A stretch of 64,000 nt of DNA from Alphaproteobacteria bacterium (GTDB lineage Bacteria; Pseudomonadota; Alphaproteobacteria; SP197), in the NCBI GenBank assembly GCA_965200495.1, contig CBDAUG010000001.1, forward strand, positions 2,196,885-2,260,884. Reading direction: 5' to 3'. The notes below the pieces were generated by a model. The model searched no databases and was not told where the DNA came from. It saw nothing but the letters and a program-made list of their open reading frames with translations. The position numbers and the translations under genes were made by a program. Positions 1 through 8,881 of this stretch are shown piece by piece. How positions within the stretch are numbered: position 1 is the stretch's first letter; every line of letters begins with the position of its first letter.

Positions 1-1146
1 GTCGTAAAGGCCGTCCGACCGGCACCGTCCGATGATGCTGTTGGTCGCAAGGTGATTGTTGCTGCCGTCAAATGACACCGGACCCTGCGGTGCGTCCAGG
101 GTGAGACCGGCCATGGCGTCGATCACCTGTTCGGTTTCGGTGCTGTCCGCCTTCTCCACCGCCTTCGCATAGAGCCAGGTGGCCACGTAGGTGGCTTCGG
201 CAATGGCGTTGACATAGCGGTCGGCGCCGAACGCCGCCCGATAGTTGGCGAGAAAGGTGTCGTTTGCCGGAGTCTGCAATGACGAGAAGTAGGACTGGTT
301 GACAATGATGCCCTCGACGTTCGCTCCATCGACTGCAGTCGTGAACAACTCGTCGAGACCGTTGGTCAGCAACTGGCCGCCCGGTTTGTAGCTGGCAAAC
401 TGCTTGAGAAAGGTCAGGGCATCGGCCCCGGCGAAAAGCTCCCAGACACAGTCGGGCTGGGCTGCCCGGATCTTGTCCAGCGCCGGTCCGAAATCCTGTG
501 TCCCGAAGGGGAAGAACCCGGTTCCCAGCGTGGTCCCTCCGGCCTGCTCGAATGCCTGGGAGATGGCCTTTGCCGTTTCCTGTGGCCAGGCATAGTCGGA
601 CCCGAGGATGTAGACGGACTTGCCGACGTTTTCCGTGATCCACGGAACGAACGGATCGACGGACTGGTTGGGAATCTGTCCGGTGCAGGCGAGATACCGC
701 TCGCACTCGCCACCTTCGTAGTAGGTGGGATAGATCACCAGTTTTTTTGCAGGCGCCGACACGCTGAGTGCTGCGGCGCGCTCCAGGCTCGTGATCATGC
801 CGACGATGACATCGACGTTGTCCTCGAAGATGAACTTGCGGGTCTTGTCGATGGCTCCGCGTGTGGTGGTCTGGTTGTCTTCAACCAGGTAGGTGACCTC
901 GCGACCGCCGGCGCCACCGGCAGCGTTGATTTCGTCAACGGCCATCTTGAAGCAGTTGAGCTGGGTTTCGCCCAGAAGGGTCTCGAGGCCGGTCAGGGCC
1001 GAATGAAACCCGATCGTGATCTGATCGGACTGTGCGCGGAGGATCGATGGCATGGCAAGGCCGCTGGCCAGGACCGATGCACCGGCACCCTTCATCACCG
1101 TTCTCCTGGATACTCCGTCACTGTTGGTGAGATTTCGCGTGATCAT
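1..1146 (-). CDS. Branched-chain amino acid (Liv-type) ABC transporter periplasmic substrate-binding protein; 3' end runs off the window
   Basis: Minus-strand frame reads MITRNLTNSDGVSRRTVMKGAGASVLASGLAMPSILRAQSDQITIGFHSALTG…VYILGSDYAWPQE…, the LivK/amide-receptor family, with a Tat-like RR signal. No stop codon inside the window, so it is absent from the ORF track. Sits downstream of livHMGF on the same strand. Confidence 0.8.
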   Translation of the reverse strand, partial: MITRNLTNSDGVSRRTVMKGAGASVLASGLAMPSILRAQSDQITIGFHSALTGLETLLGETQLNCFKMAVDEINAAGGAGGREVTYLVEDNQTTTRGAIDKTRKFIFEDNVDVIVGMITSLERAAALSVSAPAKKLVIYPTYYEGGECERYLACTGQIPNQSVDPFVPWITENVGKSVYILGSDYAWPQETAKAISQAFEQAGGTTLGTGFFPFGTQDFGPALDKIRAAQPDCVWELFAGADALTFLKQFASYKPGGQLLTNGLDELFTTAVDGANVEGIIVNQSYFSSLQTPANDTFLANYRAAFGADRYVNAIAEATYVATWLYAKAVEKADSTETEQVIDAMAGLTLDAPQGPVSFDGSNNHLATNSIIGRCRSDGLYD

Positions 1147-1177
1147 CTGACATTCTCCTTGCTTGGTTGTTGACCCG

Positions 1178-1876
1178 CTAGAGGGCCAGGGCTTCGAAGA
1201 CCTTGTCCCCGTCTTCGAGATCCTGCCGGGTCAGGCGGCGGGAGATTTGGCCCTTCGCCATGACCAGACATCGGGATGCTGTCCGGCGCGCCAGTTCGAT
1301 GTTCTGTTCCACCAGCAGGACGGTCAGACCAAGTTCACCGGTGAAGGTGTGAAGAAAGTCACCGATCTGGTGGACGATCGAGGGCTGAATGCCTTCCGAC
1401 GGCTCGTCCATGAGCAGCAGCATCGGATCGGCGCACAGGGCGCGCGCGAGGCAGAGAATCTGTTGTTGCCCGCCCGACAGCGTACCGGCAGATTGCTGCA
1501 GGCGGTCACCCAGAATGGGAAACATGTCGAGGATGTCGTCGGGGATTGTCCGCCGGCCGTCTGCCCGACTGCGCAGCCCGACGATGAGATTCTCCTCGAC
1601 TGTCAGTCGCCCGAAAATGCCCCGGCCCTGAGGGAGATAGGCCACGCGCGCCTTCGCCAGACGATGTGGCGCCCATCCGGTCACGTCGATGCCGTCGAGT
1701 CGCACGCTGCCCGAGGTCGGCTTGACGAGACCGACAAGGGCCTTGAGCAGGGTCGTCTTGCCGACGCCGTTGCGGCCAATGAGAACGAGCGTTTCGCCCC
1801 TTTCGAGGGTCAGCGAGATGTCGTGCAGGACAGGCAGAACACCAAAGCCCGCACCAAGATCCCGCACCTCAAGCAT
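1178..1876 (-). CDS. livF: Branched-chain amino acid ABC transporter ATP-binding protein LivF
   Basis: Walker A GRNGVGKTT, signature LSGGQQQ and Walker B LLLMDEP are present. Adjacent to livG. Confidence 0.9.
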   Translation of the reverse strand: MLEVRDLGAGFGVLPVLHDISLTLERGETLVLIGRNGVGKTTLLKALVGLVKPTSGSVRLDGIDVTGWAPHRLAKARVAYLPQGRGIFGRLTVEENLIVGLRSRADGRRTIPDDILDMFPILGDRLQQSAGTLSGGQQQILCLARALCADPMLLLMDEPSEGIQPSIVHQIGDFLHTFTGELGLTVLLVEQNIELARRTASRCLVMAKGQISRRLTRQDLEDGDKVFEALAL

Positions 1877-1877
1877 G

Positions 1878-2594
1878 TCAGGCCCGCCCCAGGTAGATGT
1901 CCCGTACGAGGGCGTCTTCCTCGATCTGTGAGAATGTGCCTTCGGCGATCACCCGTCCCTGGTGCATGACAATGGTGTGGCAACCAAGCGCGCGCACAAA
2001 GCTCATGTCATGTTCGATCGCCATGACGGCCGTGGTCTGCGCCAGCCTGCGCACGAGCGCAGCGGTCTCCAGGGTTTCGTCGAGAGTCATGCCGGCAGTC
2101 GGTTCATCGAGCAGCAGCAGCCTCGGTTCCGACATCAGGGCCATGCCGATCTCGAGCCATTGCTTGTGCCCGTGAGCGAGATTCCCGGCCACCTGATGGC
2201 GTATCGCTGTCTGGCCTGTAAGGTCGAGCATGGCTGTCAGCCGCTGCGCGTGTTCCGCCGCGGATCCTGGCCTGATGACAGCCGTTTCGAGATTCTGCGC
2301 AACCGTCAGGGTCTCGAAGACGCTTGGGATCTGGAACTTCCGGGCAATGCCCCGTCTGGCGAAGCCATGGAGCGGCAACCCGTGCAACGGGACACCCTCG
2401 AAGACGATGTCCCCGGTGTCTGGCCTGATGACACCCCCCAGGATGTTGAAGAGCGTGCTCTTTCCGGCGCCATTGGGTCCGATGATGCACTGGAGTTCGC
2501 CGGGCGCAATCGCAAGAGAGATGTTGTCGACGGCTGTCACGCCTCCGAAGCGCTTCGAGAGGTTGCTGCCGGCAAGAAGCGCCCCGGATGTCAT
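1878..2594 (-). CDS. livG: Branched-chain amino acid ABC transporter ATP-binding protein LivG
   Basis: Start moved to MTSGALLAGSNLSKRFGG. Has GPNGAGKST and LLLLDEP motifs. The start overlaps the livM stop by 4 nt. Confidence 0.9.
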   Translation of the reverse strand: MTSGALLAGSNLSKRFGGVTAVDNISLAIAPGELQCIIGPNGAGKSTLFNILGGVIRPDTGDIVFEGVPLHGLPLHGFARRGIARKFQIPSVFETLTVAQNLETAVIRPGSAAEHAQRLTAMLDLTGQTAIRHQVAGNLAHGHKQWLEIGMALMSEPRLLLLDEPTAGMTLDETLETAALVRRLAQTTAVMAIEHDMSFVRALGCHTIVMHQGRVIAEGTFSQIEEDALVRDIYLGRA

Positions 2595-3621
2595 GCCCGC
2601 CTTCCGCGCTCGAGAACCATGCGTAACGCGCCGAGGATTCCTTGCGGGAACACGAAGACGGCCAGAATGAACAATCCGCCCATGAACAGGGGCCATAGCT
2701 GGACGTCGATGCTGCTGATTTCCTGTTCCAGCCAGATCACCGCCATGGCGGCGCAGATCGGACCGATCAGGGTGCCGCGGCCGCCGATCGCAACCCAGAT
2801 GATGACCTGGGTTGAAAGAATGAGGCCGACAACATCCTTGGCGACGAATCCAACCGCCAAGGCATAAAGGGCTCCGCCGAGTGCAGCGATGGCTGCGGAA
2901 CCGACGAACACGGCAAGAAGGTGCCCGGACGTGTTGTGACCGAGTGCCTGGGCACGCTGTTCGTTGTCATCGATAGCCCTGAGGATTGATCCGTAACGGC
3001 CCCGGCAGATCATGGAGAGGGCGGCCGTGACAACGGTCACGACCGCCACCACAAACCAGTAGAGGCCCTCGGGCGGCAAGGGCGCCATGCCTCGCGGGGA
3101 TGGAAAGTGCAGCGGCGGTATGCCGAGAAGACCGGCATCGCCACCGGTGACGTCCGAAGACCGGCATCGCCACCGGTGACGTCCGACCAGCCGACGACGA
3201 CATGTTCGGAGATGACCGCCAGGGCCAGGGTCACGATGGTGAAGTAGGAGCCGCGAACACCGCCAAATATGAGGAAGTACCCGACGATCAGTGCGATGGC
3301 CATGGCAGCACATATGCCGGTTGCCAGGCCGAGCCAGGAGCCGACAGCGGGATCCAGCCCAAAGCGTGTCGAGATGATGGCTGCTCCGTAGGCGCCGGCA
3401 CCGAAGAATGTGGCATGACCAAAACTCAGAACGCCGGTCTTGCCCCACAGGAAGTCGAGAGCCAGCGCCAGCAAGGCGAAAAGCATGGCATCTCTCAGGA
3501 GTGCTGCGGCATAGGCGCCGACCATCAACGGAGCAAAACAGACGAGTATCAGCAGAAACCCCGACGCGGTGATCACGAGACCGGGTCCTATCCTGCGCCG
3601 GGCCGATGTCACGCAGTCCAT
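2591..3621 (-). pseudogene. livM: High-affinity branched-chain amino acid ABC permease LivM, disrupted by a frameshift from a 29-bp tandem duplication
   Basis: The N-terminal half (MDCVTSARRRIGPGLVITASGFLL…VVGWSDVTGGDAGL) and the C-terminal half (…SDVTGGDAGLLGIPPLHFPSPRGMAPLPPEGLYWFVVA…ILGALRMVLERGRRA) lie in different frames. Both halves encode 'TGGDAGL' flanking the duplication at 3129–3186. Confidence 0.75.
3129..3186. repeat. Exact 29-bp tandem duplication (AGACCGGCATCGCCACCGGTGACGTCCGA ×2) inside livM
   Basis: Positions 3129–3157 and 3158–3186 are identical. 29 nt is +2 mod 3, so it shifts the frame. Confidence 0.9.
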
Positions 3622-3623
3622 GC

Positions 3624-4472
3624 CTACACCTTCACCAGCCCGCTTGGCCGCAGGCGAACCAGCACGATGGCAAGCACCAGGACCAGCGCCTGCGAGAGCG
3701 TCGCCGGAATGGCGTAGGTGAAGAGTGTCTCTGCGCCTCCTACCAGAGCGCTGCCGGCGACCACACCCGGAACGCTTCCCGCACCCCCGACAATGACGAC
3801 GAAGAAGGACCGGGCGAGATAGTTGACACCCATCTGCGCAATGACGGCGGTGAGAGGCGCCAGCAGGACGCCCGCCACGGCGGCGAGTCCGGTTCCCAGG
3901 GAAAAGGCGATGGCATGGACACGACGCGTATCGATTCCGAGCGCCTCGGCCATCTGCGGATCCTGGATGGCGGTGCGCAGATCGAGGCCGAACCTCGTCC
4001 TGCGAATCACCAGGTGAGTGGCAACCATCGTGGCGATCGCCAGGGCGATGAGCACGATCCGGTAGGCGGGGTAGGCTGCGCCAAAGAGATCGACAGAGTC
4101 GGTGATCGGCGAGAACACCTTCTGGGGAGCGGCGCCGAACGTCAGCTGAAGGGTTTGCTGGATGATCAGCGACAGCCCCCAGGTTGCCATGATGGTCGCC
4201 AGGGGGCGGGCGTACAGGAAACGGATGATGGACTGTTCGACAAGGAGGCCGACGAGGGCGCCGACCATCCCTGCGACAACCAGGGCCAACCAGAAGTTGC
4301 CGCCGAGACCCTGGACGACGGCAAGACTGAAGGCGCCGATGGTGATGAAATCGCCATGGGAGAGATTGATGACGCCCATCAATCCGTAGATGATCGCCAG
4401 CCCGAGCCCGACCAACATCAGAATACTGACAAGTGTCAGCGCGTTCAGCACAATCGGAAGGATGACGTCCAT
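3624..4472 (-). CDS. livH: Branched-chain amino acid ABC transporter permease LivH
   Basis: Reads MDVILPIVLNALTLVSILMLVGLGLAIIYGLMGVINLSHGDF…, a polytopic LivH/BPD permease. Its stop abuts the livM start. Confidence 0.9.
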   Translation of the reverse strand: MDVILPIVLNALTLVSILMLVGLGLAIIYGLMGVINLSHGDFITIGAFSLAVVQGLGGNFWLALVVAGMVGALVGLLVEQSIIRFLYARPLATIMATWGLSLIIQQTLQLTFGAAPQKVFSPITDSVDLFGAAYPAYRIVLIALAIATMVATHLVIRRTRFGLDLRTAIQDPQMAEALGIDTRRVHAIAFSLGTGLAAVAGVLLAPLTAVIAQMGVNYLARSFFVVIVGGAGSVPGVVAGSALVGGAETLFTYAIPATLSQALVLVLAIVLVRLRPSGLVKV

Positions 4473-4579
4473 GACGATTCCGGACTGCCGTTCCAGTTCG
4501 ACAGGGCGGACACAAGGTCCACACTCAGGATCATGCTGAAACGCGGGTGGTGGCAGTTCTATACCAAATGCCTTACATT

Positions 4580-4601
4580 CACTTCATAGTTTGATGAAGT
4601 G
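4580..4601. promoter_or_regulatory. Inverted repeat CACTTCAT-agtttg-ATGAAGTG in the liv/LysR divergent intergenic region; candidate LysR-type binding site
   Basis: Perfect 8-bp arms with a 6-bp spacer. Ends about 10 nt before the LysR ATG at 4611. Contains a TTCA…TGAA core. Confidence 0.35.
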
Positions 4602-4610
4602 ACAACGACG

Positions 4611-5558
4611 ATGCTCGGATCCGTTGCCGATATCGACCTGCGTCTCCTGCGGGTTTTCCTCACGGTCGTTCGCTGTGGCGGCTTCGCTGCCGCCCAGTCC
4701 GCACTCAATGTCTCCCAGTCACAGATCAGCATGCAGATGAAGCAGCTTGAGGAACGGATCGGAACGCGCCTTTGCCATCGGGGGCGTGGCGGTTTCTGGC
4801 TCACCCGGGAAGGTCGTGATGTTCACGATGCCGCGAGGGCCCTGTTCCGCTCCATCGACGAGTTCCGTTCGTCCGTCGCCTCGACCTGCGGCCGACTTGG
4901 CGGCCGGCTGCATGTCAGCGTCATCGACAATTCGGTTTTCAACGAGGGATGCAGGCTTCATGCCGCGATTCATGCGTTCAAGGAGAAGAACCCTGTCTCG
5001 GAAGTCGGACTCGATGTCGTCGCACCCGACGAAGTCGAACAGATGGTGCTGTCGGGCGCTTGCGACCTTGGCATCGGTTTCTTCCCGGCCCTTCGTCAGG
5101 GGCTGGAATACAAGCCGCTCTTCACGTCGCGTATGGATCTCTATTGTGGCCGGGGCAATCCTCTCTTCGCCAAGGCGCCCGATAGCCTGCAACCGGATGA
5201 GGTCTTCGCATCGGAACATGCCGCGCGGGGCTATGTTGCCACGGCCCAGTTGCCGACGTTCGAACGCAAGTTCTTCGTGGGCGCCTCATCGTCCACGGTC
5301 GAGGGACTTGTCACTCTCGTGCTGTCCGGCCGCTACACCGCCTATCTGCCTCGACACTATGCCAGACACTGGGTGGATGCCGACCTGATCCGTCCTGTGC
5401 TGCCCGGGCTGATCGGCTACACGTCTCTCTATGAGATGGCGATCCGCAAGGAAAGCAGACGCAACAATCTACTCAATCTTTTCATTAAGTTGCTTGTTGA
5501 TCTTCATCCACAAATCGAAGAAAAGGACTTTCGCATCGGCACCGACGTCCCGGACTGA
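4611..5558 (+). CDS. LysR-family transcriptional regulator
   Basis: N-terminal HTH (DLRLLRVFLTVVRCGGFAAAQSALNVSQSQISMQMKQLE) plus a LysR substrate-binding domain. Divergent from the liv operon. The ORF-track start at 4599 is a GTG; the ATG at 4611 is preferred. Confidence 0.85.
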   Translation: MLGSVADIDLRLLRVFLTVVRCGGFAAAQSALNVSQSQISMQMKQLEERIGTRLCHRGRGGFWLTREGRDVHDAARALFRSIDEFRSSVASTCGRLGGRLHVSVIDNSVFNEGCRLHAAIHAFKEKNPVSEVGLDVVAPDEVEQMVLSGACDLGIGFFPALRQGLEYKPLFTSRMDLYCGRGNPLFAKAPDSLQPDEVFASEHAARGYVATAQLPTFERKFFVGASSSTVEGLVTLVLSGRYTAYLPRHYARHWVDADLIRPVLPGLIGYTSLYEMAIRKESRRNNLLNLFIKLLVDLHPQIEEKDFRIGTDVPD

Positions 5559-5742
5559 TGCCTGCCAGAGCATTGCGCGGCTGCTGCAGCGGGTGAGGCG
5601 TGGCGTGCACCACAATACCGTTCGCGGGTCCGTCCCGACGGCTTCGAGGCCCTCGCGGAGCGCCGGCAGGGCCTTGTCGCGTGGCGCGACACGACCGACC
5701 GTGCCGGCCGCAGGCTCCGCGACAATCGGGGGCCTGCCTGGC

Positions 5743-7665
5743 TCAGGGCAGGTTGAGTTCGGCCAGGTCCGGAACCGGACCGTCCCATCGGGGATCGCCG
5801 GACCAGGTTGCCCAGGAGGCATGGATCACGCGGTCGCGCTCACGCCAGTCGTCGAGCACGAAACTGATCCAGAATTCCATCATTTCCTCGTCCGATCCCC
5901 AGCCCCACGTCACGGTCTTCGGCGGCAGCGTCGGGTTGTAGGGATTGGCAGACGTGTTGTCGAACCGCAGCCAGCCGTCGATCGTGCTGCCGGCTGGAAG
6001 ACGGACCGGTTCCCGGAAGAAATAGATGTTCTGCCATCTGAGATCCCATTCCTCGACATGGATCAGCGGTATCTGCGTGCCGTCCGGGAGGGTCGCGATC
6101 GCCTTGGCCTCGGCGCCGAGGTAGTGCATGTGCGGCATGATGTCGACAAGGGTCAGGGACGCCGGAATCTCCATCCGGACGTGGCGCCAGTAGGTGTCCG
6201 ATTCGGGAGGAATCGCAAGCTGCTGGGTGCCGATCACGAGACCGTCAACCCAGTGGGCGACGGCATCGTCGGCAAACGTGAAGCCGATTCGACTGCGGTC
6301 CTGCGTGGCCTTGCCATTGAGGTGATAGTGGATCTCGAACACGATGTCGCCGGCGCCGGCCGGGAGCCACAGGGCATGATCGTCGGGCAGGACATAGGGA
6401 TCGACGCCGGGTGTCCAGCCTGCGATACCCCATGTCTGCGCTTCGCCGCCGTAGTCGAAGAAGCCGCCCGTTCCGAAGACGGAAAAGCCGGGTCCATCGT
6501 CCCTGGCGTCGGCGCGGCGTGCCCGGCCCGAGTAGTCGACAAAGATGTTGGCGTGGTGAACGACACGGCTGTCGCCGGGCTGGAATTCGACGGCGCTGAT
6601 GGCGCGCTCCTCGAGGAGTTCGAAGGGGATGACGAAGTACCGGTAGATGTCAGGACCGGTCGCGGGAATGGCGAAGGCCTCTTCCATGGCGAGAACAAGG
6701 TCAGGTTCGCCGACGCGCCACGCGGGGTCCGGCCACACCGTCTTCGGCAGTGCCTCCGCGTCCTCACCGAGCGGCGCGCCGGCTTCGGCCCATGCCGCGA
6801 GGAGGGCGACTTGCCTCTCGGAAAGGTGCCGCTCGTCACGGAAGGCGCCGAATCCCCTGGCGGCGCGCCACGGCGGCATGATCTGCTCTCTGGTCACGAA
6901 GGCCAGCATGTGGGCCCGGCGCCTGGCATCGACATACGTATCGAGAGGGAAGGGGGCGACGCTGCCGTTCCTGTGGCACTCAGTGCAGTTGGCCGCGAGC
7001 AGGGGAGCGATATCCCGGTTATAGGTCACGGACTCGGGGAGGCGGCCCGCATCCCAGCCCTCGAACACGCAGCCGACGGGCTTTGTCGAGACGGGCCGCG
7101 CATCGTCATCAGTTCCCACCGCCACGATGGCGTCCCTGAGGTCGTGGCGGGTGATCCGGTTGCGCAGGACGCCGATCGTTTCGAAACGATCGTCGATACG
7201 GCCGCGATACATCACGTCATCTCCGGTATCGATGACAAAGGCCTCCGGGGTGACAGCGGGATTGAGGCGCAGTGCGAGATCACCGGAGGGATCGAAGATG
7301 ACGGGAAAGTCGAAACCGTGGTCGACCACGAAGTTCCGGGCTTCGCCCACCGTGAGGTAGGGTCCCGACATGACCCCGTAGAACGAGGCGCCGTGGGTTT
7401 CGGCAAACATGGCAAGGTCGTTGAGTTCGGGAGCGTAGCGACTGGAGACCGGGCAGAAGGCGTTCATGAAGAGGAGGACAACCGGACGGACACCGGTATC
7501 GGTCCCTATGCGATGGACATGGCCGTCAAGATCGACCACGCGTGTGCCGTAGACATGCGCCTGCCGGTTGCTGTCGGCGGTGGTGGCCCATGCCATGCCG
7601 AAGAGCCAGACTAGGGTGGCAAGGAGAAGGACATGCGTCACGGTGGCCTTGTGGCGTCGGTACAT
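5743..7665 (-). CDS. Membrane-anchored multidomain redox protein: TlpA/redoxin-like thioredoxin fold (CPVS), Planctomycete-type cytochrome c (CTECH), and PHM/DBH-like type-II copper monooxygenase domain
   Basis: N-terminal TM helix (HVLLLATLVWLFG). Redoxin motif FCPVSSRY. Heme-binding NCTECHRNGSVAPFPLDTY (PSCyt1-like). CuH-site VVHHANIF…IHYHLNG. CuM-site MPHMHYLG…EEMMEFW. Start trimmed to M38 of the listed ORF, because the upstream part overlaps the divergent promoter. Confidence 0.8.
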   Translation of the reverse strand: MYRRHKATVTHVLLLATLVWLFGMAWATTADSNRQAHVYGTRVVDLDGHVHRIGTDTGVRPVVLLFMNAFCPVSSRYAPELNDLAMFAETHGASFYGVMSGPYLTVGEARNFVVDHGFDFPVIFDPSGDLALRLNPAVTPEAFVIDTGDDVMYRGRIDDRFETIGVLRNRITRHDLRDAIVAVGTDDDARPVSTKPVGCVFEGWDAGRLPESVTYNRDIAPLLAANCTECHRNGSVAPFPLDTYVDARRRAHMLAFVTREQIMPPWRAARGFGAFRDERHLSERQVALLAAWAEAGAPLGEDAEALPKTVWPDPAWRVGEPDLVLAMEEAFAIPATGPDIYRYFVIPFELLEERAISAVEFQPGDSRVVHHANIFVDYSGRARRADARDDGPGFSVFGTGGFFDYGGEAQTWGIAGWTPGVDPYVLPDDHALWLPAGAGDIVFEIHYHLNGKATQDRSRIGFTFADDAVAHWVDGLVIGTQQLAIPPESDTYWRHVRMEIPASLTLVDIMPHMHYLGAEAKAIATLPDGTQIPLIHVEEWDLRWQNIYFFREPVRLPAGSTIDGWLRFDNTSANPYNPTLPPKTVTWGWGSDEEMMEFWISFVLDDWRERDRVIHASWATWSGDPRWDGPVPDLAELNLP

Positions 7666-7720
7666 CAAACCAGCCCTCTTCCGGTGCTCGTGGATGACAA
7701 GTGTGGCGCGTCGTTGTAGA

Positions 7721-7736
7721 TTGTCAATAATGACAA
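7721..7736. promoter_or_regulatory. Palindrome TTGTCA-ataa-TGACAA; candidate TetR operator in the divergent promoter region
   Basis: 6-bp perfect inverted arms. Lies between the Cu-monooxygenase gene start (7665, minus) and the TetR gene start (7770, plus). Confidence 0.4.
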
Positions 7737-7769
7737 ACAACATGTCCCGCAAGACATGGGCAAACCGGG

Positions 7770-8366
7770 ATGGCATCCATGGCCCGTCCTGACCTTAGCG
7801 CTGAACGGTCGCAACAGATCCTCGATGCGTTCTCGCGGTGCGTGGCGCGTCTGGGCTTCGATGCCACGTCCCTCGAGGAGGTAGCCGGTGAAGCGGGAGT
7901 CCGCCGTTCGATCATCCGCCACTACATCGGCAATCGCGACGACCTGGTTGCGGCGTTCCTGGATCACCTGGGCATTCGCCTGCAGCGGCAGAACGATGAC
8001 ATGCGCGCCTGGTTCAGCGCCAACCCCGGGGTCGGCGACCTGCCGCACTACCTCTTCGCGGATGTTTCCAACGACGAACTGCCGGTGATCGAGTCGGTGT
8101 ATGCGGCCGGCCGCCGCAACCCGGCGATTGCTTGCCGCCTTGAGGGCTGGCAGCAGGGCTTCGCCGATGCGCTTGAGGATGTGTTGCGCACCTCTCTGCC
8201 CGATGCGGATCAGGAAGACATCGCAGCCGTTTCCCACGGTCTCGCCGCCATCTACAACAACCATCAGTCGATGCTGACCCTTGGAGCACCGCCTCGCTAC
8301 AGCGCGATGGCGCTTGCAGCCGCTGAAATGCTCATCGCCGCACTTGTCACGCGAGCGCGGCCATGA
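7770..8366 (+). CDS. TetR/AcrR-family transcriptional regulator
   Basis: N-terminal HTH (SAERSQQILDAFSRCVARLGFDATSLEEVAGEAGVRRSIIRHYIGNRDDL) and a helical C-terminal domain. Confidence 0.85.
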   Translation: MASMARPDLSAERSQQILDAFSRCVARLGFDATSLEEVAGEAGVRRSIIRHYIGNRDDLVAAFLDHLGIRLQRQNDDMRAWFSANPGVGDLPHYLFADVSNDELPVIESVYAAGRRNPAIACRLEGWQQGFADALEDVLRTSLPDADQEDIAAVSHGLAAIYNNHQSMLTLGAPPRYSAMALAAAEMLIAALVTRARP

Positions 8367-8866
8367 CGCGGCCAACGATGTGTGGCAGCGCTGCCCTGTG
8401 CTGTGACAACCTTGCCGCCCATCGGGACGACCGCCAGGCAGACGTTCTCGACTGGGGGTGCGGGGATGGCGAGGTCGGTGCGCTGCTTTGCGCTCTTGGA
8501 TACCGGACCGTTGATGGTATGGATACCGCGTTCGGCATGCTGGCACGCGCGCGCGAGCGCGGCGTTTATCGTCGGCTCTTCAGCGCCGCATCGCCGGATG
8601 ATCTGCCGGATCGCAGCTACGACGCGGTGGTCGCATCACGCAGCCTCGCAGGTGAGGATGCGTCCCCGGACGTGCTCCACGGTTTCGTCAGGCTGCTGAG
8701 GGCGGGAGGAGTGATGTCCCTTGCGGTGGCGCCCCGAGGCGGGTTGGCGGACGCTTGCCGCAGGATGTGCAGGGCAGGAACCCTGTTGAAGATGGAAGCA
8801 ACCTGGGACAGGCTTCCGGCAACGGGACAGCCGCAGGTGCGGTTTCTGGTTCTTGGACGATTCTAG
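8363..8866 (+). CDS. Small class-I SAM-dependent methyltransferase
   Basis: Motif I VLDWGCGDGEVG. 167 aa. Start overlaps the TetR stop (ATGA). Confidence 0.65.
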   Translation: MTRPTMCGSAALCCDNLAAHRDDRQADVLDWGCGDGEVGALLCALGYRTVDGMDTAFGMLARARERGVYRRLFSAASPDDLPDRSYDAVVASRSLAGEDASPDVLHGFVRLLRAGGVMSLAVAPRGGLADACRRMCRAGTLLKMEATWDRLPATGQPQVRFLVLGRF

Positions 8867-8881
8867 CCGGGGTTATGCAAC

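Noticed and set aside
68-706. 212-aa minus-strand ORF listed in the track
   Set aside because: Arg/Gly/Pro-rich product of the wrong frame. The real coding frame here is the LivK-type SBP, which runs off the window edge and therefore is not in the track.
5431-7614. 727-aa plus-strand ORF
   Set aside because: Antisense to the well-supported redoxin–cyt c–Cu monooxygenase gene. Composition is typical of high-GC antisense ORFs, with no domains.
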